Below, one piece after another: positions 7,547 through 17,300 of a DNA stretch of 20,000 bases; the stretch's first letter is position 1; the number at the start of each line of letters is the position of its first letter. Below the pieces are notes generated by a model. The model made no database searches. It was not told the origin of the DNA and worked only from the letters and a program-made list of their open reading frames with translations. The stretch comes from an uncultured virus (IMG/VR IMGVR_UViG_3300031555_000852) (Duplodnaviria; Heunggongvirae; Uroviricota; Caudoviricetes), in the IMG/VR virus record IMGVR_UViG_3300031555_000852, positions 45,254 through 65,253 of that record. One strand, given 5' to 3'. The translations under genes and the position numbers were made by a program.

Positions 7547-7780
7547 TTATTTTTTATTAGGTTGGGTCATACGAATGATGTCCTCTGCCTGTGCATCTAC
7601 GACACCATTTACGGCATCAAAGAGTGCGACACGCTCTGCCTCAATATCAATTCCCTCCACATCAGGAATTGCTCTTTTCTCTGTGTATTCGACAGTATAA
7701 AAGTTATCACGAACCTTAATGGCTACTCTACTTGTAGCACTGATTTCGGTTACGACTGCTTTTGAAGTATATTCTTTCAT
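7547..7780 (-). CDS. Hypothetical protein (77 aa)
   Basis: Strong AAGGAGGA RBS; fits the gene packing of the operon. Confidence 0.8.
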   Translation of the reverse strand: MKEYTSKAVVTEISATSRVAIKVRDNFYTVEYTEKRAIPDVEGIDIEAERVALFDAVNGVVDAQAEDIIRMTQPNKK

Positions 7781-7790
7781 ATTATCCTCC

Positions 7791-7907
7791 TTATTTCTTC
7801 TTGCTCATTGTAACCGCTACGATTACAAGCCCGATTGCACCTACAATGAGGCCGGTCAGTGCGCCCAAAAAGAATACGGCGCCTGCGGAAAGTGTTACTG
7901 TGTACAT
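7791..7907 (-). CDS. Small single-pass membrane protein (38 aa), not in the ORF track
   Basis: MYTVTLSAGAVFFLGALTGLIVGAIGLVIVAVTMSKKK*; GGGAG RBS; fills the gap between the two neighbouring genes. Confidence 0.75.
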   Translation of the reverse strand: MYTVTLSAGAVFFLGALTGLIVGAIGLVIVAVTMSKKK

Positions 7908-7908
7908 A

Positions 7909-8343
7909 TCATTCTCCCTTCTTTACTTTTTCTCTGGAAAGTCTTAACTGAACAGTCTCCGTTGTAGTTCTACAACTTTCCAACTGTCTTGCGAGGTCTG
8001 TGGAAGGCGTATTGTTGTAGAGATATGCCTCAAGGGCATCCATATCTACATACTCCTTTGTCTTGATGGCGTCAGTGATTCCGTTTTGACGAAGCACCTC
8101 AAGAAGTTTCGCCTCGTTCATAGACTCTTTGACTGCCACGATTCTCTTCACGGTGTAACCACCTGCGGAGTATTCGTTCTCGCCGAGTTCTACGAGGGCT
8201 GCCTTAATCTGCTCGTTTTCTTCCTTGCAGATTTTGGTGTAACTGTCCAACTCATTCTTATTCAACGCATATCGAGGAATAAGTTCTTCGAGGGACTCAT
8301 TTGTGGGGTTTGACGGTTCGTTTGTCAGGTTAATTCTTGACAT
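7909..8343 (-). CDS. Hypothetical protein (144 aa), possibly Gam/Gp157-like
   Basis: GGAGG RBS; N-terminal coiled coil, then IKTKEYVDMDAL, reminiscent of Mu Gam/Sipho_Gp157 proteins. Function is tentative. Confidence 0.6.
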   Translation of the reverse strand: MSRINLTNEPSNPTNESLEELIPRYALNKNELDSYTKICKEENEQIKAALVELGENEYSAGGYTVKRIVAVKESMNEAKLLEVLRQNGITDAIKTKEYVDMDALEAYLYNNTPSTDLARQLESCRTTTETVQLRLSREKVKKGE

Positions 8344-8622
8344 TTACTTGTCCTCCTTTTGTCTTGTATGTTTTTGTGTTACATCTCCAAGAACGCCGTT
8401 TCTGCCATGAGGAATGGCGTTCTTAAATTCAGTGATAGCCCAGATGTCACTCTTTTTCCAAAACCGCTTCTGTCTCTCGCCGCTCTGTGTGTAGTCGGGC
8501 AACATCTTCGCAAGTGGATGGTCCGGATGGAGTCTCTTCCATCTGTACCAGTTGTTAATCGTCTGCGTAGACGAGTTTACGAGGAGTGCGACCTCCTCAA
8601 TTCTTAACAGTCTTTCTTCCAT
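8344..8622 (-). CDS. MerR/AlpA/excisionase-like HTH DNA-binding protein
   Basis: LLRIEEVALLVNSSTQTINNWY HTH with a wing motif RFWKKSDI; AAAGGAG RBS. Confidence 0.72.
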   Translation of the reverse strand: MEERLLRIEEVALLVNSSTQTINNWYRWKRLHPDHPLAKMLPDYTQSGERQKRFWKKSDIWAITEFKNAIPHGRNGVLGDVTQKHTRQKEDK

Positions 8623-8651
8623 TGAACTTTCTCCTTTATATTTTTTAATGG

Positions 8652-10337
8652 TTAACTTAATAAAAAGTCGAGCAATTCAGTTTTATTACCTACGACTTTG
8701 CCGTCGATAATTGCATCTGCAATCATTCCCTTTTTCTCCACAATCTCATGGATTCTCTCATCGATGGTGTTCTTACACATAAGGGTGTAAATAGTGATAT
8801 TGGATTTTGTGCCGATACGGTGACATCTATCAATCGCCTGTTGCTTATTCGCCATCGTCCAAGGTTCATCCATAAATACTACAACAGTGCCCGCTGTGAG
8901 AGTCAAGCCTGTGCCCATCGCACCAATCGTGCCGAGTATGAATTTGCACTCCGGATTATTTTGGAAATGGTTCACATTCACTTGGCGCTCCACATCGTCA
9001 GTCGCACCTGTAATTACGACACCTTTGTAGTTCTTACTCAATCTATAGTAGATTGGGTCGGTCATCTGTGTCCAGTTGCTGAAAATTACAACCTTGCGAT
9101 TGTTCGCCACAGACTCCTCAACGATTTCTTCCAATCTATCAATCTTTGCGGACTCGAGGATTGTAGATGATAGAATGCCAGTGTAGCCAGTTGCTTGTCG
9201 CATACGGATAAGTTCTGCAAGCGGGTTACTGGTCATCTTAATCTTATCGATGTTCGCCTTGATGTCAGCGGAGACCTCTTTGTAAATCTGCTCTTGCTTT
9301 GCCGTCATATCTACAAACTCATCGATGTAGACCTTCTCGGGCAAGTCAAGCACCTCATCTTTCAAGCGCCTCAACATAATGCTGTCCATGCGCTCTTGAA
9401 GTTCGGGCATATTCTTGTAGCCCACAACATCGTAACCGCCGTAGCCACCCATAATGCAGTAGTGGTTCTTGAAAGAGTAGAAGGCGTGCTTCTCGTAGCC
9501 AAGCCAACGCAGGATGATGAACAAGTCAAGAGGGGTGTTCATCAACGGAGTTCCTGACATTGCTATACGCACCTCTGACTGCGCTTTAAGTATGCCTTTG
9601 CCCTGCTGACTGCTCGGGTCTTTGCATTTATGTATTTCGTCAATAGCAACCATACTGATTGTGCCGTCTTTGCAATACTCACTTATTGTAGCCGCAATAT
9701 CGGCATCTCTCAAACTTTCAACATTGGTGATAATGAAGAAATCTTTGATGCTGTCGAGGTTCTTCAAGTCCTCAAGTTTGTCTTTCGTAGAGCCGATGTA
9801 AATCTTGCCAGTTCTTTTACGCCTACGCTGGCCCAATATCCATCCACTCTCGTTGGAGTGCGTTCTAATTTCGTTCTGCCAGTTCCATTTCAATCCGTTC
9901 ACACCGCAGATAATCAAGCAACGATTTGCTCCTGTCAATTTCTTTGCCACTGCAATGTCAATGACTTGCTTTGTTTTGCCCAAGCCCTGCTCGTCACCGA
10001 GTAGCCATCTGTCGTGAGTAAGCCCGAAGTTAAGTCCGTCAATTTGGTGGTCATATGGCTTCGTCTTAAACTGAAACTCTGCGGGAACATTTGCAACCTT
10101 CTTAACTTCGTTGAAGGCCGAAAAGTCGCCCGTGATATTCACTTGGTGCTTTGTGAAGCACGGCAATAACTCTTTCAACTTCTTCGCAGGCACTTCCCAA
10201 GTTTTGTTGTCTTTGTCCCAGTATCTTTCGGACTGGCTACGAATCAACTCTACAAGAGCAGTGTCATAAGGAAAAGATAGAAAGATTGAATAATCGCCGT
10301 TACACTTATTTGACTTTGCAACCTTAATATCAATCAT
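8652..10337 (-). CDS. SNF2-family helicase/translocase with N-terminal HARP-like domain
   Basis: Q motif PYDHQ, Walker A DEQGLGKT, DEIH, SGTP, GTGLTLTA, QAIDRCHRIG; N-terminal FPYDTALVELIRSQSERYWDKDNKTWEVP is HARP-like. Confidence 0.93.
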   Translation of the reverse strand: MIDIKVAKSNKCNGDYSIFLSFPYDTALVELIRSQSERYWDKDNKTWEVPAKKLKELLPCFTKHQVNITGDFSAFNEVKKVANVPAEFQFKTKPYDHQIDGLNFGLTHDRWLLGDEQGLGKTKQVIDIAVAKKLTGANRCLIICGVNGLKWNWQNEIRTHSNESGWILGQRRRKRTGKIYIGSTKDKLEDLKNLDSIKDFFIITNVESLRDADIAATISEYCKDGTISMVAIDEIHKCKDPSSQQGKGILKAQSEVRIAMSGTPLMNTPLDLFIILRWLGYEKHAFYSFKNHYCIMGGYGGYDVVGYKNMPELQERMDSIMLRRLKDEVLDLPEKVYIDEFVDMTAKQEQIYKEVSADIKANIDKIKMTSNPLAELIRMRQATGYTGILSSTILESAKIDRLEEIVEESVANNRKVVIFSNWTQMTDPIYYRLSKNYKGVVITGATDDVERQVNVNHFQNNPECKFILGTIGAMGTGLTLTAGTVVVFMDEPWTMANKQQAIDRCHRIGTKSNITIYTLMCKNTIDERIHEIVEKKGMIADAIIDGKVVGNKTELLDFLLS

Positions 10338-10399
10338 CTTTTTAACCTCACATATCGTTTTTGTTGTTTTTGTGGGAGTATTCTCTCAACTCTATAAAT

Positions 10400-10428
10400 A
10401 TTATACTACATAAATCTCGATTTGTCAA
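10400..10428 (-). promoter_or_regulatory. Consensus sigma-A/70 promoter P1 (early operon)
   Basis: Perfect TTGACA (10428-10423), 17-bp spacer, TATAAT (10405-10400), AT-rich UP element; 63 bp upstream of the helicase ATG. Confidence 0.9.
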
Positions 10429-10602
10429 TAGGGATTTGAAAAATATTTTATAAATGTTTTTGCACGGTGACACGCTCCAATTTCGTCTATATCAAACTGG
10501 AGACCCAGACCTATTACTTACTCGATAAACGCATAAACTCTGCCGGTGCTTGCCGGTGTGAGTGGCCGGAGTGTGTTACACATATATTATATATAAATGA
10601 AG

Positions 10603-10639
10603 AAAAAAAAAATTCGGGCCCACTGCGAGAGTGAGCCCG
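10603..10639 (-). terminator. Rho-independent terminator closing the tail operon
   Basis: Minus strand CGGGCUCACU-loop-AGUGGGCCCG (one G-U) followed by AA and a 10-U tract, starting 7 nt after the stop at 10646. Confidence 0.88.
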
Positions 10640-10645
10640 GAAGCG

Positions 10646-12100
10646 TTAAACTTCTTGAATTGTGTATGTAATCTTCATCGTCTGCGAAGGTGCCTTGACG
10701 ATAGGAGTTGCCAGATTGTTTACTGTGGCGAGGTAGTGCGACAACACAACAAACCTCTCAATATCACTCTTACTGGACACATACTGTATCATCGGATGAT
10801 TGAGCACCGGAGTGCAGTGTCCGTAGAATGTCGAGTTGCTTGTCGAGTAATAGTCGATTACATCCACTCCACACGGCGTAGTGTTATCATCGCCAGGTGT
10901 TGCACTACAATCGGTGACCTGCAAGCCGCCAATTCCTTTGTAGGTGGTGTACACTGCCTGCCAGTAAATGCGGCCATCAGCGAAGTAGGAAGACCTGGGG
11001 ACCATACTTGTAGAACTCTGGATTACCTTTCCGTGAGTTGTTACCGAGTTATCGTCCAGCGAGTGGCTAATTACATTGTAGGCGTACACGGAATATCCGT
11101 TGATAGATGTACTGACAGGAGCAGCCAGGGAGTAGATTCTTCCTCTGTACACACAACTGCTCTGGATGTTCATAGAGGTTGTGTGCTTGTTAGTGAATGT
11201 TCTCTGGGTTGCGGTGCTTTCACCAAGATTTACTTCCGTAATCGAGAACGAACCACCTACAGCAAGAGTGGACGCATTTCCTACTTGCGACACAATGTAG
11301 AGAGTATTGGTCTCGGTGTCAAAGTTGTATGCGTTGTTACTCGCACTGGTAGTGTTGATACTGGAAGTAAGTGTAATCTCTACGGGATCGCCTACCATAG
11401 TAGCGCCGTGCCCAAACATAGAGTATTGGGTAATACGAACTCTACGCTTTACCAGTACCAGTTTGTTTGCTGAAGGCACTCTAAAATAGTATGCCAAATC
11501 ATTTTCGACATCGATGGCGTACAGGTGTTCGTCCTCAGTATAATTATAAATACCAGTGTAGCGGTCGTTATCATCTCTAACGAGTTTCGGGTTAGGCGTA
11601 TTGTAGATGATAGTGCCGAGTCGCGTTGAGGTATCCTTCAGTCCGAAGTCACTACGATACACGCCATAGCCACCATTTTTATGAGTAAGGCACACAGAGT
11701 TGATAGTGCCATTTGCCTGTGTCTGCGTGAAATTATACACAAGTTTAGCCATTCTCGTAGAAGGCGAAAGTACGCTCTCTGTAGCATCATAACTACCAAG
11801 ATATGTACTGCCGACAAGGTTTGCGGTGTTATATCTTGCACATCCTACAAGTTTTACGCCCGCAGGAGCGAATACCGGAAGAGGATCTCCCTCAATTCTG
11901 CTATCAAACAAAAGCAGACCTCCAAGGAAACTCGTGTATGCAGGAAGATTGTCACTCAGATTACTCGGATTTGTAAGATTTCCGAGAGTCGGGCTAAAAA
12001 TCTCCTGCAATGCACCTGTGACGGTGTTGTTCTTTTCAATGACCTGTGTCTCACCCGTGTTCACATCGGTCAATTCAATTTTAGTTGTACCTTTTAACAT
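10646..12100 (-). CDS. Putative tail fibre / receptor-binding baseplate protein (484 aa)
   Basis: Last gene of the tail module; T/S/N/Y-rich beta composition; FTQTQANGTINSVCL and C-terminal LATPIVKAPSQTMKITYTI resemble phage fibre anchor motifs; AAGGAG RBS. Confidence 0.7.
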   Translation of the reverse strand: MLKGTTKIELTDVNTGETQVIEKNNTVTGALQEIFSPTLGNLTNPSNLSDNLPAYTSFLGGLLLFDSRIEGDPLPVFAPAGVKLVGCARYNTANLVGSTYLGSYDATESVLSPSTRMAKLVYNFTQTQANGTINSVCLTHKNGGYGVYRSDFGLKDTSTRLGTIIYNTPNPKLVRDDNDRYTGIYNYTEDEHLYAIDVENDLAYYFRVPSANKLVLVKRRVRITQYSMFGHGATMVGDPVEITLTSSINTTSASNNAYNFDTETNTLYIVSQVGNASTLAVGGSFSITEVNLGESTATQRTFTNKHTTSMNIQSSCVYRGRIYSLAAPVSTSINGYSVYAYNVISHSLDDNSVTTHGKVIQSSTSMVPRSSYFADGRIYWQAVYTTYKGIGGLQVTDCSATPGDDNTTPCGVDVIDYYSTSNSTFYGHCTPVLNHPMIQYVSSKSDIERFVVLSHYLATVNNLATPIVKAPSQTMKITYTIQEV

Positions 12101-12121
12101 AGTTAAATCTCCTTATAAAAA

Positions 12122-13924
12122 TTAAGAAGTAATAGAGGACTCTACCGAGTCGTCAATGTCGCCGATTCGGATTTGAGGCTTATTGATGCGAATACTCTCA
12201 ATGATTTCAACATCTTCGGACGGGGCAGTAGGAATATGCTCTTCCGTAGTTACAGTCTCAGTGAGAGTACCTATACGAGAGGTGAACTTACCGAGCTTGA
12301 TTGCCTTCATCGTCTCCTCTACAGTAATCGTGCCATCCCAAGGCAAGCTACCAGCACTGGAGCCCTTACTTATGATTGTTGCGTTTACCTGATTTTCTCC
12401 TATAAACACTTTGCCGTGCCGAACTCGAAGGAAAACCTTGAATGTGACTTCACCACCAGTCGGTCTACCGCCTACTGTAAAGAACATAAGATTGAGCAGA
12501 TGCTTTCCATCTTCGGAGTAAGTTTCCGTAGGCATATTCGACAAAATCTGTGCTCCATTCCACTCGAAGAAACTCTCCACTATAACAGGCACCTTTTCAG
12601 TACGGGTCATAGTACATTCCGTATCGCCAATCTTGACAACTTCCTGAACTTCTCTGGTTTCGGTGCTGACCGACTCAAGGTTGACCGATGCAAGGAATAC
12701 AAGGTTCGAGGTGTGCGGCATACTTATGGAGAGTTCGATGATAGGAGTTACCACGTTTTCGATGTCGTATGCCCGATTATTCATATAAGCATAGTTCAGC
12801 AGGTCGTCTGTGATTATGTCATTGTACAGGTCATCTGTTCTTTTTTGTAGAGACAAATATTCCGCGGTCGGGGTTCTGCTGGAATTCTGTAAATACTCAT
12901 CACCGGCTGCCTGAATTTCTTGCTCTACCAGCAAGATTCCAGACAAGGTGTTTTGCAGAATGATACTGCGTGTCTCACCGATTTTTATGTAGTCGCCGAC
13001 TGACAAATCCAGATTCGATACAATCATATTTACATCACACGGCGTGTATGTAATATGACTAATTACCGTAAGATAGTTACTTACAAATTCCTGCGATGCG
13101 GCTGCATCTAAATCGAATAGCAATGAGTTATCCTTGATGATGTAAGTATTTTTTGATGGTACTGCTCCTGTGGAGTTTGTAGTGGCCACCAAGTTGCCAT
13201 CATAGTCATACAGTTCCACCGTATCCATTACAGCCGTTTGATAGCCCTCAAATTCCGATGAGTTGCGCTCATAGGAATTCGATATGTCTTTTGAGGCCTC
13301 CGTATTTGGGAATGAGATGAATCTTAACTTACCGTCTCGGCCTATGTGTGGTACAGTACACTGGATCTCACATATCCAGCGCAACATAGTGTTGAAACTT
13401 ACAGAGGACAGTGTGGCCGCTTTAGTGCAAATGAACTCATCGTTGTGTAAGGTTATGCCGTCCACATCATACTCAATTCCTGCCCACTCACAGAGACTAT
13501 TTCGTAAATACCAAAGAGGAACCTCGGTTCTACGCATCATCTCCGCAGTATTCCAAAATGTTACCCACCATCCAGCAACATTTGCGGTGCCGATGGAATA
13601 CAGGGCATCATACGCTACTACTTTTCTGTATCGTCCTTCTTTGTCCTGTTTACACGAATCTACATATCCTTCGAATATGTCTTTTTTGTTATTTCCGTCG
13701 GCATCGGTTTGGTAGACTTTTATCTTGAATCCTGCTACATCCACAAGATTAAATACAGTGGCTTCAAATCTTGTGGCGTTTGTTTCTCCAAATACGATAT
13801 TTCTCTCACACAGAATTTCCTCAAGGAGAAGCGAGCCACTTTCTATGTGGATATCTCGCACAGGCACACTTGGATTATTCGGAAACTCTATGTGAGTGAC
13901 CCGATTTAAGATAATATCTGCCAT
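12122..13924 (-). CDS. Tail tip / baseplate hub (Tal-like) protein (600 aa)
   Basis: Follows TMP and Dit; FGETNATRFEATV, IFEGYVDS, VVAYDAL and HIGRDGKLRFI fit a gp27-like hub pattern; AAAGGAG RBS. Confidence 0.72.
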   Translation of the reverse strand: MADIILNRVTHIEFPNNPSVPVRDIHIESGSLLLEEILCERNIVFGETNATRFEATVFNLVDVAGFKIKVYQTDADGNNKKDIFEGYVDSCKQDKEGRYRKVVAYDALYSIGTANVAGWWVTFWNTAEMMRRTEVPLWYLRNSLCEWAGIEYDVDGITLHNDEFICTKAATLSSVSFNTMLRWICEIQCTVPHIGRDGKLRFISFPNTEASKDISNSYERNSSEFEGYQTAVMDTVELYDYDGNLVATTNSTGAVPSKNTYIIKDNSLLFDLDAAASQEFVSNYLTVISHITYTPCDVNMIVSNLDLSVGDYIKIGETRSIILQNTLSGILLVEQEIQAAGDEYLQNSSRTPTAEYLSLQKRTDDLYNDIITDDLLNYAYMNNRAYDIENVVTPIIELSISMPHTSNLVFLASVNLESVSTETREVQEVVKIGDTECTMTRTEKVPVIVESFFEWNGAQILSNMPTETYSEDGKHLLNLMFFTVGGRPTGGEVTFKVFLRVRHGKVFIGENQVNATIISKGSSAGSLPWDGTITVEETMKAIKLGKFTSRIGTLTETVTTEEHIPTAPSEDVEIIESIRINKPQIRIGDIDDSVESSITS

Positions 13925-13939
13925 AACTTCTCCTTTCTA

Positions 13940-14368
13940 TTAGTATTCTATGCACTCAATGGTCAATTCACCATAAATAATATCATCGTCAGTAATCCTG
14001 ATAATAGGAAACTGCATATTTGGACGGTAGAATGTTCCTGTTTTATACTCATTATGCTCATCGTCCCAAAACCTAAGATTGACCTTACGTTGCTCTTGGT
14101 CGATTTCAAAGTCTGTGAAGAACTTTTGAATCTCTATCTTATCATTAAGGTGCAGAGGACTCCGCACCTTGAATGAAAAGACAGACTTCTTACCTGCGGC
14201 GGTAATACGAGTAAGGTTTCTCGTATTATCGTCGCGGTAAGCCTTAATTTCCTCACGCTGATTGGGAGTAGATGACCACGAATTGTACTGAATATATTTA
14301 TTAGGAAATACTCGCTTTGCAGTAAAATCTGCGCCGCATACTGCCAATAAATAACCTTCAAATGCCAT
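13940..14368 (-). CDS. Distal tail protein (Dit-like, 142 aa)
   Basis: Directly after the tape measure gene; size, and motifs such as YKTGTFY and C-terminal LTIECIEY, are typical; GAGGTG RBS. Confidence 0.7.
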   Translation of the reverse strand: MAFEGYLLAVCGADFTAKRVFPNKYIQYNSWSSTPNQREEIKAYRDDNTRNLTRITAAGKKSVFSFKVRSPLHLNDKIEIQKFFTDFEIDQEQRKVNLRFWDDEHNEYKTGTFYRPNMQFPIIRITDDDIIYGELTIECIEY

Positions 14369-14395
14369 ATTGTGTCACCTCGTATAATTTTTGTT

Positions 14396-17300
14396 TTAAG
14401 CCATAGCGTGGCCGGTCTGTTTGTAGCGTTTCTCTTGCTCGTCCCATACAACCTTTGCAAGCACACGACCGTTTACCTGAAGTACGATTGGCTCTCTCGA
14501 ACCAATGCCTCCGATTTCTGCCATAACTTCTGCAAGGGCTTGCTTGATAGTGTCAAGAGGAGCCTCGATATTAGTGCCATGTTTCTGGTCACCGAGCATT
14601 GCAAGAAACTCATTGTTAGGAGGAATTACTGCGCCTTGTGCAAGTTTAGGAATTTTAATCTCCTTGATTTCCTTAATGTTGAATCCGAACTTCTTGCCTC
14701 CCAAACCGGGCACCCAGTCGGGAACATCGAAGGACAACTTATTCAATGCCTTAATGACACTGTTGATTGCCTTTATAAAGCCGTTTGCAAATCCTTCGAA
14801 TCCTCCGAGAATTCCATTGATTACGCCCTTGATTGCGGTTCCTGCCTTCTCGAGGCCTTTCTGTATCGCCGAAAATGCGATTGTGATTCCGTTAGCAGCC
14901 ATCTTAACCACATCCATCAACGCCTCTACTACTTTCATCAGTACCTTAATTATCGGCACTGCTACACCTTCAATAATTCCTATAATGAATTTGAGGGCTC
15001 CTGCAAGAGGTTTGATGAGGATAGATACGAGAACTTCGATAATAGGTCCGAGCATCTCAAAAACGGCGCTCACTGCATCGAGTATAGGAGTAAGGGCCTC
15101 TAATACAGGACGAAGTATGTCACCTATTACATCACACAGAACTCCCAGAATATCCAGGATAGGTTCAAGTATTGTGATTATCGGGTCAAGAATGTTAAAT
15201 ACAATCTCCAACAGAGGACCGATGAGTTCCAGCAGCGGTGCAAGTAGGTCTGTAACCAAATTGAGTACACCTTCAATGAGAGGCATACACGCATCGAGAA
15301 GATGCACAATAACTGGTAACACGGTTTCAGTGAGCGCATCGAATATAGGCTGTAACGATGTTAGCAAATCAAGAATGATAGGCAACAGTATGCTCATCAA
15401 GTCGTCAAGAATAGGCATAAGTGCTTCAAATAACTCCACAAGCACGGGCATCACCATCTGCACCGCTGTGGAAATAATTTCTGCAATAGGCGGCAACAGA
15501 GTGCTGATTATAGGCAATATAGATTGAACGATAGGTCCGAACGCTTGTATAATGGATTCGATTGCGGGCTTAAGGATTTCAAAAGCATCCTTTATTGCAA
15601 GCACCACATCACCAAATGCAGATACAATCGGATTATCGGAGTTCTGCATAGCCGTGCCTACAGAATTGAGTATCGTCATCAATCCACTGAACAGAGTTTC
15701 TGCAATTTGTGCCCAGTTAATTTTCGTAATCGCAGTTACAAGGAAAGTAACCAATCCGTTCGCTATATGGGGCATTGCTTCGTTGAATGCGGAAGAGTCT
15801 CCATTGAAGATGTTGTTGATACCATTTGCCAGATTCGTCGCAATCATCTCAAAATCGACTGTTGCGAAGAAGTTTCCTATAACGGTCCAGAGACTGTCGA
15901 ACAGCGTTTTGATTGTAGTACCAATCTGTGCGAGGTCAAGGCGTGTAAACAAATTATTGACTGCGTTGCCTAACTGCTCTGCTACAGATGCCCAATCCAC
16001 ATTAGTGAGCATACTGTAAATCGCCGTCGTGATGCCGTTAGCAAATCCGCTAATCATTCCTGCCCACTTGCCAAAGTCGATAGTTTCAAACATCGAAGTG
16101 ATGCCAGCCGCAAAGGATGTTCCAAGATTTGCCCAATCAATACCATTAGTAAGGCCGTCGAGGAATCCCCACACAGTATTGTTGATGTTAGCAAACAATG
16201 CACCGAGTTGTGCCCAGTCGATTCCGTTTACAAGCGTGTTGACAATGGAACCAATCTTATCGCCTATTGCAGTAGCATCAAATCCTGTCAGGAAAGTATT
16301 GATGGATGCGAGTACCTTATTTACAAGACCTGTAACTCTTGGTACTATATTCTTCTCAACATTGTCAAGAACTCCGAGAAGTTTTTCCGTGACGAACTGA
16401 CCTACACCGGTGAAGTCTGCCTTTTCCCATGCATCCTTTACCATCTGTGCGAAACTCGATGCCGCATCCTCAGTAGCACTGATGTCCTGCTTCTCGTACT
16501 CATAGCCAGTGTTGTTATCTTGAATAACCTCGAGTTTATCATACGAGCCGAGTTGCTTGTTCGCATTCTTTGCGGCACCTGCTACGGAGTTGATGTCCTT
16601 GGCAACTGCTTTGTAGATGTGGCCTTGCCCAGTAAGCGTAGCCATGAACTTGCCCATACCTTCAAGCACACCGCTCATATAGTTCATAAAGCGTGTAAGA
16701 ATAGGCATTACTACCTGAGCCAGAGGCTGAAATGCTGTGGCGAGTGAGCCTTTGAGACGATTGAATGATTCCATCATCTCTTTCATAGGTTCGCCGACCT
16801 CGTCAAACTGGTCGCCCATTACCTTGAAGCCTTCGATGAAGATGTTACGGAGTCGCTTGATAGCGTAGTATGCAGTTCTAAATCCGAGACCAAACATCAA
16901 GAAGTTTCTGGTAAGTTTCTTGAACCTGGAGTTCATATCGTTAGTAGACTTCTTGCCAGATTTGCCAAACAAGTTCATATTCCGTATACTACTGAATATG
17001 CGTTTACCAAGATTGACAAATCCTGTTGCTATTCTGCCTACAGCAGATGCGACTTTGCCAAGTACCTTAACGGCGCCTACAAAGCCCTTGCCGATTGCTA
17101 CTGCAACTTTGCCTGCGACCTTAAGCACTTTGCCAAAGCCTACTGCAATCTTGCCCGCCACATTGAGCACTGCGGCGAGTTTAGGATGAGTGGCTCCGAG
17201 AGCAGTTAATCCACCTTGAGCCTTCTTTGCATTAGTGACTACGCCCGTAAGTGTGGATTGTAATCCTGCAGACTTATCACGGAGTTTCTGTATCTCTGCA

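Noticed and set aside
10646..12100. Diversity-generating retroelement target or invertible tail-fibre cassette
   Set aside because: No reverse transcriptase, template/variable repeat pair, invertase or duplicated C-terminal cassette is visible in the window.
14372..16747. Plus-strand ORFs opposite the tape measure gene (e.g. 14505..15527, 340 aa)
   Set aside because: Explained by the codon bias of the repetitive hydrophobic TMP, which leaves antisense frames free of stops.
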